This document shows, piece by piece, positions 35,638-45,312 of a stretch of DNA of 57,432 nt. Where the stretch lies: the IMG/VR virus record IMGVR_UViG_3300035703_000111, positions 1 to 57,432 of that record; one strand, written 5' to 3'. A program made the translations under genes and the position numbers. Below the pieces are notes generated by a model, which ran no database searches, was not told where the DNA came from, and saw only the letters and a list, made by a program, of their open reading frames with translations. Each line of letters begins with the position of its first letter. The stretch's first letter is position 1. The stretch is from a virus (Duplodnaviria > Caudoviricetes).

Positions 35638-36807
35638 ATGGCAAATAACCGAGAACTATCACAATTTGGAAACTTTATATCGGTCAATGATACCTCTGAA
35701 AATATTGGTATCAGTACGGATGTAATCATTTCTGGAGTTCTAACTGCTACCAGATATTATGGTGATGGATCACAACTTACAGGAATCGCAACAGTCGGCG
35801 GTGGAACAACTCTAGGAATCACGACAATTTCTCAACTGACTGTTACTGGAATCACAACTCTTGGAAGTGTATCTGCAACAAGTCTAAGTGTATCTGGCGC
35901 TTCTACATTTGGAAATATTTTTTTAAATCCAGTAGGAATTATTACTGCTAATGTTGGTGTTGTAACTTATTATGGTGATGGTTCCAAACTAACTGGAGTT
36001 ATTTCTGGTGTTGGAATTAAAACTGCGGGAGGAACTGTAGGATCTGGAGCTACAGTATTAGATTTCCGTGGATCTGGAATTTCTACAGTTACTGTTGGAT
36101 CTGGAATCGGAACCATCTTCATCCAAGGTGGTGGAGGAGGAGGTTCGGTCAGCATTAGTAGTGTTGCACCAACTTCGCCATCAAGTGGTGATTTGTGGTA
36201 TAGTATTGATTATGGTAGAACTTTTGTTTACTACGATGAAGTTGTACTAGGTGTTGGTTCATCTGCATTTTGGGTAGATGCCGCACCATTCAATGTAAAT
36301 CTTTCTCAATTTGATAGTTTAAGTGTTGCAAATCTTACAGTAAACAACACCACAAAACTTCTTGGTGTTACTACTGCAAATGTACTTAATGTTACTGGTG
36401 TTACTACACTAAGTACATTAAATGTTACTGGTGTTACTGCACTAAGTACATTAAATGTCGCTGGAATTGCAACTCTCACGAGTCTTAATGTTGCAAATGT
36501 AAATTCTTCAGGTATCGTTACTGCAGTTGACTTTAACTCCACATCTGATATCAATCTCAAAGAAAATATTAACACTATTGATAGTGCTCTAGAAACTGTA
36601 AATCAACTTCGTGGAGTTTCATTTGATTGGAAGGATACTGGAAGAAGATCTTATGGTGTAATTGCTCAGGAGATTGAAAAAATACTTCCAGAACTTGTTT
36701 CAAATTCTGATATAAAAACGGTAAATTATAATGGTATTATTGGAGTTTTGATTGAAGCAGTAAAAGAACTTTCTGCTGAGATTGAAGAACTTAAGAGTAA
36801 TAAATAA
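35638..36807 (+). CDS. tail fibre protein with C-terminal S74 intramolecular chaperone
   Basis: SDINLKENI..I..AL..V..LRGV.F.WK......GVIAQE.E..LPELV...V.Y.G....LIEA.KEL. Confidence 0.88.
   Translation: MANNRELSQFGNFISVNDTSENIGISTDVIISGVLTATRYYGDGSQLTGIATVGGGTTLGITTISQLTVTGITTLGSVSATSLSVSGASTFGNIFLNPVGIITANVGVVTYYGDGSKLTGVISGVGIKTAGGTVGSGATVLDFRGSGISTVTVGSGIGTIFIQGGGGGGSVSISSVAPTSPSSGDLWYSIDYGRTFVYYDEVVLGVGSSAFWVDAAPFNVNLSQFDSLSVANLTVNNTTKLLGVTTANVLNVTGVTTLSTLNVTGVTALSTLNVAGIATLTSLNVANVNSSGIVTAVDFNSTSDINLKENINTIDSALETVNQLRGVSFDWKDTGRRSYGVIAQEIEKILPELVSNSDIKTVNYNGIIGVLIEAVKELSAEIEELKSNK
36388..36458 (+). repeat. 33-bp tandem repeat (NVTGVTTLSTL)
   Basis: Two near-identical 33-bp units plus degenerate copies in the fibre shaft. 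Confidence 0.8.
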
Positions 36808-36836
36808 GATAAGTAAAGCCGAGTGGAAACACGAAG

Positions 36837-37196
36837 ATGGCAATTCAAATTTCGGGAACGACTGTTATTGATAACAGTCGAAACCTGGCAAATATAGCAA
36901 CTTTTGATAGTACTATTACTTCAGTTTGGGATACTGTTACGGTAACGGCAACTGGAAAAACTCTAGTAAATAGAGAACACTGTACTGTAACTGCGGCGGG
37001 CCAAACAATTACTCTTCCGGCAACACCAAGTGTTGGATGGGAAGTGGTTGTTTCGGTTGGTAACTTTGCAGATACTATTGTTGCAAGAAATGGTCAAAAT
37101 ATTATGGGGCTTGCAGAGGATATTACTCTCGATAAAGCATATGCTGTGATGAATTTTATTTACACTGGAGCAACTCAAGGTTGGAGGATCTACTGA
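36837..37196 (+). CDS. fibre-tip adaptor-like protein (cassette 1)
   Basis: MAIQISGTTVID.SR start; TITLPA.P..G..V.V......ARNG.NIMGLAE..TLD...Y....GW domain. Confidence 0.75.
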   Translation: MAIQISGTTVIDNSRNLANIATFDSTITSVWDTVTVTATGKTLVNREHCTVTAAGQTITLPATPSVGWEVVVSVGNFADTIVARNGQNIMGLAEDITLDKAYAVMNFIYTGATQGWRIY

Positions 37197-37197
37197 T

Positions 37198-38487
37198 ATG
37201 TCAGTTTTAAGTCAATTTTTTCCATCAGGTAGTGGTGGTAATGATGGAGTAAGAACTAATATTCTCTTAGTAGGTGGAGGAGCAGGCGGCAACCCTGCTG
37301 GTGGAGCATCATGCACTACATCTCCCAATTTAAACTTTGCGTCCGGTGGTGGTGGCGGTGGAGGAGGTCAAGTTTATGAATTTACAAATTATCAAATTTC
37401 TCCAGGATCTCAAATTTGTGTAACTATTGGTTCTGGAGGAGCTACATCTAGTTCTGGCGGAGATAGTTCAGTAACCATCGTTGGTGTTTCTACAGTAGTT
37501 TCTAAAGGTGGAAGATCTTCATCATTCCCAGGAACTTCTTTGGCACCAGATGTAACTTGCGCTACAGTCGATTACTTTTACAACAATGGATCACCACTTG
37601 GTGGTGGTGGTGGTGGTGCCACGGGTTTCTCTTGCTTTAGCCCTAGTCCAACTCCAACAGCACCTGGACCTGGTGGTTGCATCGGTGCAATTCCTTCCGG
37701 ATCAGTATACTGTGGAGTTGCTTCTTGTATTTCGTCTGGTGTATTGTGCAACTCTAGTGTTAATGATAACTTAATAAGAAAAGCAATAGGATGTCCAGGA
37801 GGTACTTCGCAGTGTAGTACCTGTGCATATCCAGCGCCAAGTCCATACCAATTCTATTCTTGTTATCGCAGTGGAATAGGAGGAGGTGGAGGAGGAGGAT
37901 CTGCTGGAACTGGATCCAATGGATCGATCAAGTCTCCCGCGCCAACTCCATATGTTCCAGGTCCCTGTGTAGGGTGCATCAACTCCTGTCACGGCGGAGG
38001 GCCTGGTGGGGCTGGTGGAAATGCATATTGTTCGGTAATTTCGGGAGGTATTCTTTCATATGGCGCTGGTGGAGGTGGAGGTGGAGGAAACTTTAATCTT
38101 ATAACCTCTACTGCTGCAGCGCAGCGACCTTGCGTTAATTATACATCTATAAGAGGATGTGGAGGGATCTCTGTTAATGGTGGATGTGGTGGATGTGGAG
38201 GAAACGGTACAACGCCAGATTATCCACAAATACCAGCAGCACCGAGCGGATGTCCTGGTGGTAATGGTACTGCTAACACTGGCGGTGGTGGTGGAGGTGG
38301 AGGTGCCGGACCAACAACACAAGGTACTGGCGGATCTGGTGGATCTGGAGTAGCTATAATTCAATATCCAACGCAATATGCATCAGTTGCAGCGCCGGCA
38401 CGACCAGGTGGATGTGATTGCTCTCCAGCAACTCCTGGATTCTACACTTATAAGTTTAATGGTCCTGGTTCCATCACATTACCATAA
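37198..38487 (+). CDS. Gly/Pro/Cys-rich adhesin-like protein (cassette 1)
   Basis: LLVGGGAGG, poly-Gly runs separating variable loops, ANTGGGGGG, GGSGVAII.YP, Y.F...GSIT; more than 20 Cys. Confidence 0.8.
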   Translation: MSVLSQFFPSGSGGNDGVRTNILLVGGGAGGNPAGGASCTTSPNLNFASGGGGGGGGQVYEFTNYQISPGSQICVTIGSGGATSSSGGDSSVTIVGVSTVVSKGGRSSSFPGTSLAPDVTCATVDYFYNNGSPLGGGGGGATGFSCFSPSPTPTAPGPGGCIGAIPSGSVYCGVASCISSGVLCNSSVNDNLIRKAIGCPGGTSQCSTCAYPAPSPYQFYSCYRSGIGGGGGGGSAGTGSNGSIKSPAPTPYVPGPCVGCINSCHGGGPGGAGGNAYCSVISGGILSYGAGGGGGGGNFNLITSTAAAQRPCVNYTSIRGCGGISVNGGCGGCGGNGTTPDYPQIPAAPSGCPGGNGTANTGGGGGGGGAGPTTQGTGGSGGSGVAIIQYPTQYASVAAPARPGGCDCSPATPGFYTYKFNGPGSITLP

Positions 38488-38505
38488 GAAGGAGGATAAT
38501 TTAAG

Positions 38506-38991
38506 ATGGCACATTTCGCACAACTAGATGACAATAACAAAGTTGTTAATGTAATTGTAATTCAAAATGAATTTATGATTGATGAAAATGGTAATGAAAG
38601 TGAAGAATTGGGTATTGAAAGATGTAAGCAGTTTACAGATCCAAATTCAAAATGGGTCCAAACATCATATAATGGAAACTTTAGAGGTAAATTCGCATCT
38701 ATTGGTGGATATTATTCTGATGACTTGGATGTATTCTCTTTTCCAAAACCACATAATTCTTGGGTTTTTAATGAAGAAACATTAGATTGGGATGCTCCAG
38801 TTGAAATGCCAGATGATGCACCAGCAGGCCAATATTATATTTGGAATGAAGATATAACTAATTGGCAACTACATCCACCAGTTCCAATGCCAGATGATGC
38901 ACCAGAAGGATCTTATTATCAGTGGAGTACTGAAACTGAATCTTGGGAGCTTAAACAATTTCCAGAACCAGTAGGTATTGCTACAACTTAA
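38506..38991 (+). CDS. MAHFA-family fibre assembly/chaperone-like protein (cassette 1)
   Basis: GGAGG SD; MAHFAQLD.NN.V..VIV...WVQTSYN..FR..FA..G..Y....D.F..PKP..SW; Trp-rich repeats. Confidence 0.8.
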   Translation: MAHFAQLDDNNKVVNVIVIQNEFMIDENGNESEELGIERCKQFTDPNSKWVQTSYNGNFRGKFASIGGYYSDDLDVFSFPKPHNSWVFNEETLDWDAPVEMPDDAPAGQYYIWNEDITNWQLHPPVPMPDDAPEGSYYQWSTETESWELKQFPEPVGIATT

Positions 38992-38992
38992 A

Positions 38993-39021
38993 TTGACACT
39001 TTAAGATCTCTCATATATAAT
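38993..39021 (+). promoter_or_regulatory. consensus sigma70 (early) promoter for the modification-enzyme operon
   Basis: TTGACA-17 nt-TATAAT, 24 nt upstream of the 39046 ATG. Confidence 0.88.
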
Positions 39022-39045
39022 ATCGTTGAGTACATCATAACTTGA

Positions 39046-39684
39046 ATGGCATATCAAAGTATTTGGTACTATACCAATATTCCAAAAGAAATCGTAGATA
39101 TTATTGAGAGAGATTTAACAGAACAGTTTGATCCACAACTTCACGAATCGCGAGTTGGTGGAGGTGGTGATGGTGGAGTTTTAGATAAAGATAAAAGAAA
39201 TGCTCGCAATGCATGGGTTCCTACAACTCATTGGATTGCGGGATTTCTATGGCATTATGTTACAAGAGCCAATCGTGAAAATTTTCTTTATGATTTAACA
39301 AATATTGATGGAGAATCTCTTCAATATACTATGTATGGAGAAGGAGAACATTATGGATGGCATAACGACGCTGGTTTATCGGGACAATATAAACCAGTAT
39401 CGGCAGGAAATCGCGGTCACGGTGGAGAAATTCTTCAAGATTTTGTGAATGAAAATTGTGAAAAAGTGAGGAAACTATCATTCTCTCTTCAACTTTCTGA
39501 TCCAGAAGATTATGAAGGTGGAAACTTTCAATTGATGGATGAAACTGGTAAAAATTATTTTGCCCCAAGACAAAGAGGAACTATTGTTCTTTTTGATTCT
39601 CGTGCAATGCATCGTGTTCTTCCAGTAAAGAAAGGAGTTCGTAAGAGTATTGTTGGTTGGACAGTTGGACCGCGCTGGAAGTGA
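39046..39684 (+). CDS. 2OG-Fe(II) oxygenase, prolyl-4-hydroxylase/PKHD-like
   Basis: LQYT.Y..G..YGWH.D, RKLS..LQLSDP..YEGG, G.IV.FDS...HRV.PV..G.R.S.VGW. Confidence 0.9.
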   Translation: MAYQSIWYYTNIPKEIVDIIERDLTEQFDPQLHESRVGGGGDGGVLDKDKRNARNAWVPTTHWIAGFLWHYVTRANRENFLYDLTNIDGESLQYTMYGEGEHYGWHNDAGLSGQYKPVSAGNRGHGGEILQDFVNENCEKVRKLSFSLQLSDPEDYEGGNFQLMDETGKNYFAPRQRGTIVLFDSRAMHRVLPVKKGVRKSIVGWTVGPRWK

Positions 39685-39691
39685 GGTAAGT

Positions 39692-40408
39692 ATGGCAGAA
39701 GGAATGACACAAGAACAACTTGACTTTCAAGAGAGAGTCAATTCTGGTTCATCAAAAACAAATAATGAAGATTTTGAAAAAAATGGTTATTTGGTAGTTA
39801 AAAATCTTTGGGATCCCAAAGAACTTTATTGTGAGGTTCCTGAGATTCGCGGACAAATTAACTACTTTGGAAAGTTAAATAAGTTCCATCATGAACCGTT
39901 AGAAATGCAAGTAGAAGGATCTCTTGCTCGTTATTATTATCCACCTTATAAATTTGCGCATTCTCAAATTCGCAAAAAACTTGAAAAAGTTCTTGGAAGT
40001 GAACTAGCAAATACTTATTATTACGATAGATTTTATTTTCCAGGACAAGAATTAACAAAACATGCAGATCGTGATGCTTGTGAAATTTCAGTCACAGTTC
40101 ATATCAGTACTAATCTGAAAGAACCTTGGCCTATTTGGATTAAAACTCCAGATACTTATGATAATCCAAACACAAAAATGAATGTTCTTAAAAGGGGTGA
40201 GAATCGTTCTGTAATTCTTAATCCAGGAGATGGAATGATTTACAAAGGTTGTGAAAGACCTCATTGGAGAGATCCAATGCCGACTGAATATACCAGAACT
40301 TGGTATGGTAGACGAAAAGAAAAAGAAGGTTTATACTATCATCAAGTGTTTTTCCATTATGTTCTTGCAAATGGTTATCGAGCACAATTTGCAGGCGATA
40401 TGAAATAA
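39692..40408 (+). CDS. 2OG-Fe(II) oxygenase superfamily protein
   Basis: GAGG SD; Y..G..L..H.DR..CEISVT, GDG..Y.GC...HWR, Q.F.HYV. Confidence 0.8.
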   Translation: MAEGMTQEQLDFQERVNSGSSKTNNEDFEKNGYLVVKNLWDPKELYCEVPEIRGQINYFGKLNKFHHEPLEMQVEGSLARYYYPPYKFAHSQIRKKLEKVLGSELANTYYYDRFYFPGQELTKHADRDACEISVTVHISTNLKEPWPIWIKTPDTYDNPNTKMNVLKRGENRSVILNPGDGMIYKGCERPHWRDPMPTEYTRTWYGRRKEKEGLYYHQVFFHYVLANGYRAQFAGDMK

Positions 40409-40423
40409 TAAAAGGAGTTAAGA

Positions 40424-42118
40424 ATGATTACACTTGGAGTTTATGGGTCTTTTGATTGGAGAGCAGATAAATCCTTTAATGAATTTGGAGAACCAACATG
40501 GTGCCATGATGCTGGTGCCACTCTCTTCATTGATGGAAAACATATTTGTTCTATTTCTGAAGAAAGATTATCAAGAATTAAACATGATGGAAACTTTCCT
40601 ATTCGTTCAATAGGATATTGCATGGATGTTGGAAATATCACTCTAGATGATGTTGATTTAGTATGCATCCCTTCAATGTGTGTTACCATGTTCTATAAGA
40701 AATGGTATGACGGTACGATTGAAAAAATGATCTCTAATCTTTGTCCGAACGCAAAGATTCAATTTGTTTCTCATCATTTAAGTCATGCAGCTGCCGCAGT
40801 GTTTTCTTGTGACTTCAATGAAGGATCATTTTTAACTCTTGATGGTGCAGGTTCCTTAACATTTAAACATAATTTTAACGGAACCTACATGGCAGAAACC
40901 AACTCCATTGGTTACTTTAATAAAGAAAAGAGTATTTTCCGTTTCTTTAATGGTATTTCCGGTGCAAATAACTTTGGTGGTTTCTATCATGGTTTATCAC
41001 ATCATATCTATTGTGAAAAGGTTCAAAAAAATATTGATGGATATGATGAGAAATATCGTGAGACCTGGGATGGAAAAATTATGGGACTTTCTGCCTATGG
41101 AAGTTCTATGGAATTCAAAAATGAGCATAGACTTTATTCTATGTCCAAAGATCTTTGTTATGATGATATTCCTTATGTAGCATTTTCTGAAGATCCCTCC
41201 GAAGCATTTAAATTTAAAAATGCAGATGAAAAATCATTTATTCTCCAAAAGAACTTTGAGTTAGCACTTTTAGATTATGTAACTGAACTCAAGAACAATT
41301 CATATCTTGAAGATAATATTTGTCTTTCTGGAGGTTCTTTCTTAAATGTTTTAGGAAATAGTGTTCTCAAACAAAGTGGACTATTCAAAGGAATTCATAT
41401 TCCACCTTGTCCGAATGATGTAGGTCTTCATTTTGGTGCTGCTTGTTTCGCACAATTTAAAAATAATGAACCTATTGAACTTCCGGAAAACATTGCACTT
41501 CTTGGAAAGGAATATTCCGAAGAAGAGATTGAAAATGCACTAAAAGAAAGTCAAGTTAATTATGAGAAATATGATAACTTTGAAGAACTCTGTGAATTCA
41601 CAGCTCTCCAATTAAATGATAATAAGATCATTGGTTGGTTTCAAAATCGTTCAGAGTTTGGACCTAGAGCACTTGGATCTCGTTCACTTTTGATGCATCC
41701 AGGTCCAGCAGAAAATAAAGATATTATCAATGAAAGAGTTAAACACCGTGAATATTGGAGACCTTTTGCTGGTATTATCCTCGAAGAACACTTAGTAGAT
41801 TATTTCAATGAAGATTTCAATTCTCCCCACATGCTTTACTCTCTTACAGTCAAAGAAGACAGAAGAGATGAAATTGCGGCAATTACTCACAAAGATAACA
41901 CTTGCCGCATTCAAACAGTAAATGCTAGATTAAACCCACAAGTAAATACTCTAATTGAAAAGTTCAAAGAAGTATCAGGTATTCCTGTTGTTCTAAATAC
42001 ATCATTCAATGATAATGGAGAACCCATTGTCGAATCACCTCAAGATGCAATCAAGTCATTTAATAATATGGACATTGATTATCTTGTGATTGGAAACTTT
42101 ATTGTAAGAAAATTCTAA
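40424..42118 (+). CDS. carbamoyltransferase (NodU/CmcH/TobZ family)
   Basis: HDAGA, EERLSRIKH, HHLSHAA, LDGAG, GKIMGLSAYG, EFGPRALGSRS, VKHRE.WRPFA, LNTSFN..GEPIV. Confidence 0.95.
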   Translation: MITLGVYGSFDWRADKSFNEFGEPTWCHDAGATLFIDGKHICSISEERLSRIKHDGNFPIRSIGYCMDVGNITLDDVDLVCIPSMCVTMFYKKWYDGTIEKMISNLCPNAKIQFVSHHLSHAAAAVFSCDFNEGSFLTLDGAGSLTFKHNFNGTYMAETNSIGYFNKEKSIFRFFNGISGANNFGGFYHGLSHHIYCEKVQKNIDGYDEKYRETWDGKIMGLSAYGSSMEFKNEHRLYSMSKDLCYDDIPYVAFSEDPSEAFKFKNADEKSFILQKNFELALLDYVTELKNNSYLEDNICLSGGSFLNVLGNSVLKQSGLFKGIHIPPCPNDVGLHFGAACFAQFKNNEPIELPENIALLGKEYSEEEIENALKESQVNYEKYDNFEELCEFTALQLNDNKIIGWFQNRSEFGPRALGSRSLLMHPGPAENKDIINERVKHREYWRPFAGIILEEHLVDYFNEDFNSPHMLYSLTVKEDRRDEIAAITHKDNTCRIQTVNARLNPQVNTLIEKFKEVSGIPVVLNTSFNDNGEPIVESPQDAIKSFNNMDIDYLVIGNFIVRKF

Positions 42119-43089
42119 TGAAAACAATTATTAACATTGACGGTGGAGTTGGTCGTATTATTGCTGCTATTCCTGCACTTTTAAAGTATGGAAAATTGCA
42201 TCCAGATGAAGATTGGTATGTTATGATTCCTGGATGGGATATTATGACATGGAGTATCCCTGAGCTTCAGCAAAGAACATTCAATCCAGAAACAAAAGGA
42301 ATGTTTGAGAATTATTACTGGGATGCCGATAAGGTTATTGCACCAGAACCTTATAAACTTCCCGCATTTTATCGTAATGAAATTTCTCTAAGAGAAGCAT
42401 TTGATCGTACTATCAATAATACCGAAGATCATAGCGATCTTCCTGATCTTACTTTAAAATTGAGTCTTGATGAAATTATTCGTGCAAAGGAAATTGTCAA
42501 ATCCGTTAAGAAGGATTCAAATAAAAAAGTAATTGTTTTTCAACCTTATGGAAGTACATCTCAATACACCGAGATGGGGATTTATGATAAGAGTATGAGA
42601 TCCATCACTCATTATATGGCTCGTAAATTGTGTGAAAAACTTACTAAAGACTATATTATGATCTCAATGAATGAGTGGTGCAATGAAGAAGGAGTTGTTA
42701 CTTTACAACCCGATCCAGACCTTCGTACATGGGCTGCGATTATTCAAGAAGCGGATTATTTTATTGGATGCGACAGTTGCGGTCAGCATATGGCAAAAGC
42801 AGTTGGAACTCCTGCATCGGTTGTAATTGCAGGAACTCATGAAGTTGCTATTTCTTACCCAGAAACTTTTCATATCATTAAACGTGAAGGAGTTAAGTTC
42901 CATCCAGGACCGATGAGAGTTTCGAATATCAATTCAATGTTGACTGAGAAACTTAATGAAGAAAGAAATGCCTTTACGGACGAAGAGATTGATGCTGCAT
43001 ATAAAGAAATCGTAAAAAGAATTTCTAAGGCAGGAAAAAATAAATCTGAAGTAAAAGAAGAGAAAAAAGAAAATAAGGGATTTAGTTGA
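42118..43089 (+). CDS. GT9-like (heptosyltransferase-fold) glycosyltransferase
   Basis: GG.GR.I...PAL N-terminus; WAAII..AD.FIGCDS..QH.A.A.G.P..V C-terminal GT-B motif. Confidence 0.75.
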   Translation: MKTIINIDGGVGRIIAAIPALLKYGKLHPDEDWYVMIPGWDIMTWSIPELQQRTFNPETKGMFENYYWDADKVIAPEPYKLPAFYRNEISLREAFDRTINNTEDHSDLPDLTLKLSLDEIIRAKEIVKSVKKDSNKKVIVFQPYGSTSQYTEMGIYDKSMRSITHYMARKLCEKLTKDYIMISMNEWCNEEGVVTLQPDPDLRTWAAIIQEADYFIGCDSCGQHMAKAVGTPASVVIAGTHEVAISYPETFHIIKREGVKFHPGPMRVSNINSMLTEKLNEERNAFTDEEIDAAYKEIVKRISKAGKNKSEVKEEKKENKGFS

Positions 43090-43451
43090 TGAATCTACCT
43101 CTTGTTCCAATTTCTATTGGAGAATTGCTTGATAAAATAACAATTCTCCAAATCAAATCAAAAAAATCCAACAATCATTATATTCATAAAGAATTAAATG
43201 AATTAATTAAGATTGCAGAAGATTTTAATGTTTATAAACAATCTTATTTGGATGATCTTTTATCAGTAAATCTTCAATTGTGGGATATTGAGGATCGTCT
43301 TCGTGATTTAGAAAAAATCCAAAAATTTGATGATGAGTTTATTGATCTTGCTCGTAAAGTTTACATAACAAACGATAAAAGATCTGAGATTAAAAAGAAA
43401 ATAAATGAAGAAACTAATTCAAATTATCAAGAGGTAAAATTATACTCATGA
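43089..43451 (+). CDS. DUF6165-like protein
   Basis: PISIGEL.DKITIL.IK...L..VN..LW.IED..R......FD..FI.LAR.VY..ND.R..IK..IN.....EVK.Y. Confidence 0.8.
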   Translation: MNLPLVPISIGELLDKITILQIKSKKSNNHYIHKELNELIKIAEDFNVYKQSYLDDLLSVNLQLWDIEDRLRDLEKIQKFDDEFIDLARKVYITNDKRSEIKKKINEETNSNYQEVKLYS

Positions 43452-44269
43452 TCTTACTACCTTTAACTAGTTTACCTAGAAGTGGATCAACTCTTCTAAT
43501 GTCTATTCTGGGACAAAATCCAAAATTTCATTTGGGAGATGATTCTGAACTTGGAAATCTACTGAATCATAATAAGGAATTTATGATTTCAAACATACGT
43601 CATTTTCAATTACCTCATGAAACTGCAAGTGAATGTTTTTATGAATTTTGTAGAAAAGGAACAGAGGCTTGGATTTCAAATATTACTCCAAGTGATAAAA
43701 TATTTCTAGATAAATCAAGACACTGGTTAAAAGATTTAGATTATTTTTTTCAAGTATTTCCTGATATAAAAATAATTATCAATATTAGAGACTTAAGAGG
43801 TATTGTAAACTCTTTTGAAAAAATTCACAATAACTCTTTGTTCATAGATAAGGCAAGTTTTTATAATCAACTAAATTTTGATCTTCAAATGCAAAGGGTC
43901 AATAATATTTTGAACTTTGATTATTTAAAAGATGGACTTATTTCTCTCAAAGAAATTATAGATATTCCCAAAAAATATAAAGATAAAATTTTTGTCTGTA
44001 AGTATGAAAAACTGTTAGACAATCCAGTAGAAGAGATAGGAAAAATATATGAATTTTTAGAATTACCAGTATTCAAACACAATTTTGATGAAATAGATCA
44101 AAAACCATATAATGATAATCCATATCAACCTTATGGATGCCATAAGATTAAATCAAAGGTTGAAAAAAGGCCAGAACATTTTTCAGATTTAAGAGAAGAT
44201 ATATCAAATATGATCATTAATGAATATAGATGGTATTATGATATTTTTTATAGAGAAGTTTTAAATTAA
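43448..44269 (+). CDS. PAPS-dependent sulfotransferase
   Basis: LPRSGSTLL..IL.Q (5'-PSB), DKSR.W, IRDLR....SF (3'-PB), KYE.L...P. Confidence 0.88.
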   Translation: MILLPLTSLPRSGSTLLMSILGQNPKFHLGDDSELGNLLNHNKEFMISNIRHFQLPHETASECFYEFCRKGTEAWISNITPSDKIFLDKSRHWLKDLDYFFQVFPDIKIIINIRDLRGIVNSFEKIHNNSLFIDKASFYNQLNFDLQMQRVNNILNFDYLKDGLISLKEIIDIPKKYKDKIFVCKYEKLLDNPVEEIGKIYEFLELPVFKHNFDEIDQKPYNDNPYQPYGCHKIKSKVEKRPEHFSDLREDISNMIINEYRWYYDIFYREVLN

Positions 44270-44270
44270 T

Positions 44271-44825
44271 ATGTTCAAAAAAATAAATTCTGATTTTCCA
44301 ATTTTTGTTTGGAGTAACTTTTTAAATCTAGATGATACTCAAAGAATTGAATTAATGAGTATTGTTTTAGAAAATAAAAAAAGAAATCATCATGGAGTAG
44401 GTGGTAGTTTTAAAATTAACTACGATCCTACTTCTTTTTTTAGTGAATTATATTCAAAGTTTTTTGATATATCAAATCAATTTTTTGATGATTTAAAGAT
44501 TCTTCCAAATAACTCTAGTATGTGTTGGTCTTATAGTAGTAATAATGTGGATCATGGACCAGGAATGATTCATAACCATATAAACACATCAACAATTAAT
44601 TCAGTGTATTATCTTAATGTTCCAGATTCTGCAACTATAGACAATGGATCCATTCAATTTTTCTTAAATGGAAAGACTTTTTCTTATAGACCAAATAGAT
44701 TTGATCTTGTTGTTTTTCCAAATTACTTAGACCATAGAATTAATTACTTAAATGATCCTGAATATAGGATTTCCATTAACATGGAGATTTTATGTGAAAA
44801 TGATCCACATATTCTTTTCATATAA
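44271..44825 (+). CDS. 2OG-Fe(II) oxygenase superfamily protein
   Basis: HNH......SVYYL..P...G.I.F...P....LVVFP.YL.H........RISIN. Confidence 0.75.
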   Translation: MFKKINSDFPIFVWSNFLNLDDTQRIELMSIVLENKKRNHHGVGGSFKINYDPTSFFSELYSKFFDISNQFFDDLKILPNNSSMCWSYSSNNVDHGPGMIHNHINTSTINSVYYLNVPDSATIDNGSIQFFLNGKTFSYRPNRFDLVVFPNYLDHRINYLNDPEYRISINMEILCENDPHILFI

Positions 44826-44828
44826 ATA
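44821..44828 (+). promoter_or_regulatory. T4-type late promoter (cassette 2)
   Basis: TATAAATA 25 nt upstream of the 44854 ATG. Confidence 0.75.
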
Positions 44829-44853
44829 AGAGATAGAAGTATATAAACTCATA

Positions 44854-45312
44854 ATGTCTCAAACGAGAGCACAACTTATATCTCCGGTTGGCATTTTAAC
44901 CGCAAATGGTATTAATGTTACCGGAGTTGTGACTGCAACAACTTTTAATGGTCGAGCAACTGGATTAACTACTACTTCAAATATTAATATTGGAATTGCA
45001 ACTGTTACTAGTTTAGGTGGAGTTGCTTATGTTGCAATTACTACAACTTCATCAAATAAAACTCTAGTAAATCGTGAATACTGCACTGCTGTAGGAGTTG
45101 GTACTGCTGCAGGAATTACGATCACTTTACCTGCATCACCTTCACCTGGATGGGAAGTTGGAGTTGCTGTAGGTGGTACTTTTACAGATACAGTTATCGC
45201 AAGAAATGGTGTAAATATTATGGGTCTTGCAGAAAACATGACCCTCGATAGAGCATATATAGCAGTAAGATTGGTTTATACAAGTTCATCAGTCGGTTGG
45301 AGGTTTTTCTAA
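44854..45312 (+). CDS. fibre-tip adaptor-like protein (cassette 2)
   Basis: KTLVNREYCT...TITLPA.P..GWEV.V.VG..F.DT..ARNG.NIMGLAE..TLD.AY...GWR; paralog of 36837..37196. Confidence 0.78.
   Translation: MSQTRAQLISPVGILTANGINVTGVVTATTFNGRATGLTTTSNINIGIATVTSLGGVAYVAITTTSSNKTLVNREYCTAVGVGTAAGITITLPASPSPGWEVGVAVGGTFTDTVIARNGVNIMGLAENMTLDRAYIAVRLVYTSSSVGWRFF

Noticed and set aside
37586-38376. Overlapping alternative-frame ORFs (poly-Val, Arg/Trp-rich) in Gly-rich genes, also at 48386-49021
   Set aside because: By-products of GGT/GGA codon runs that lack stops in shifted frames; no SD or coding signal.
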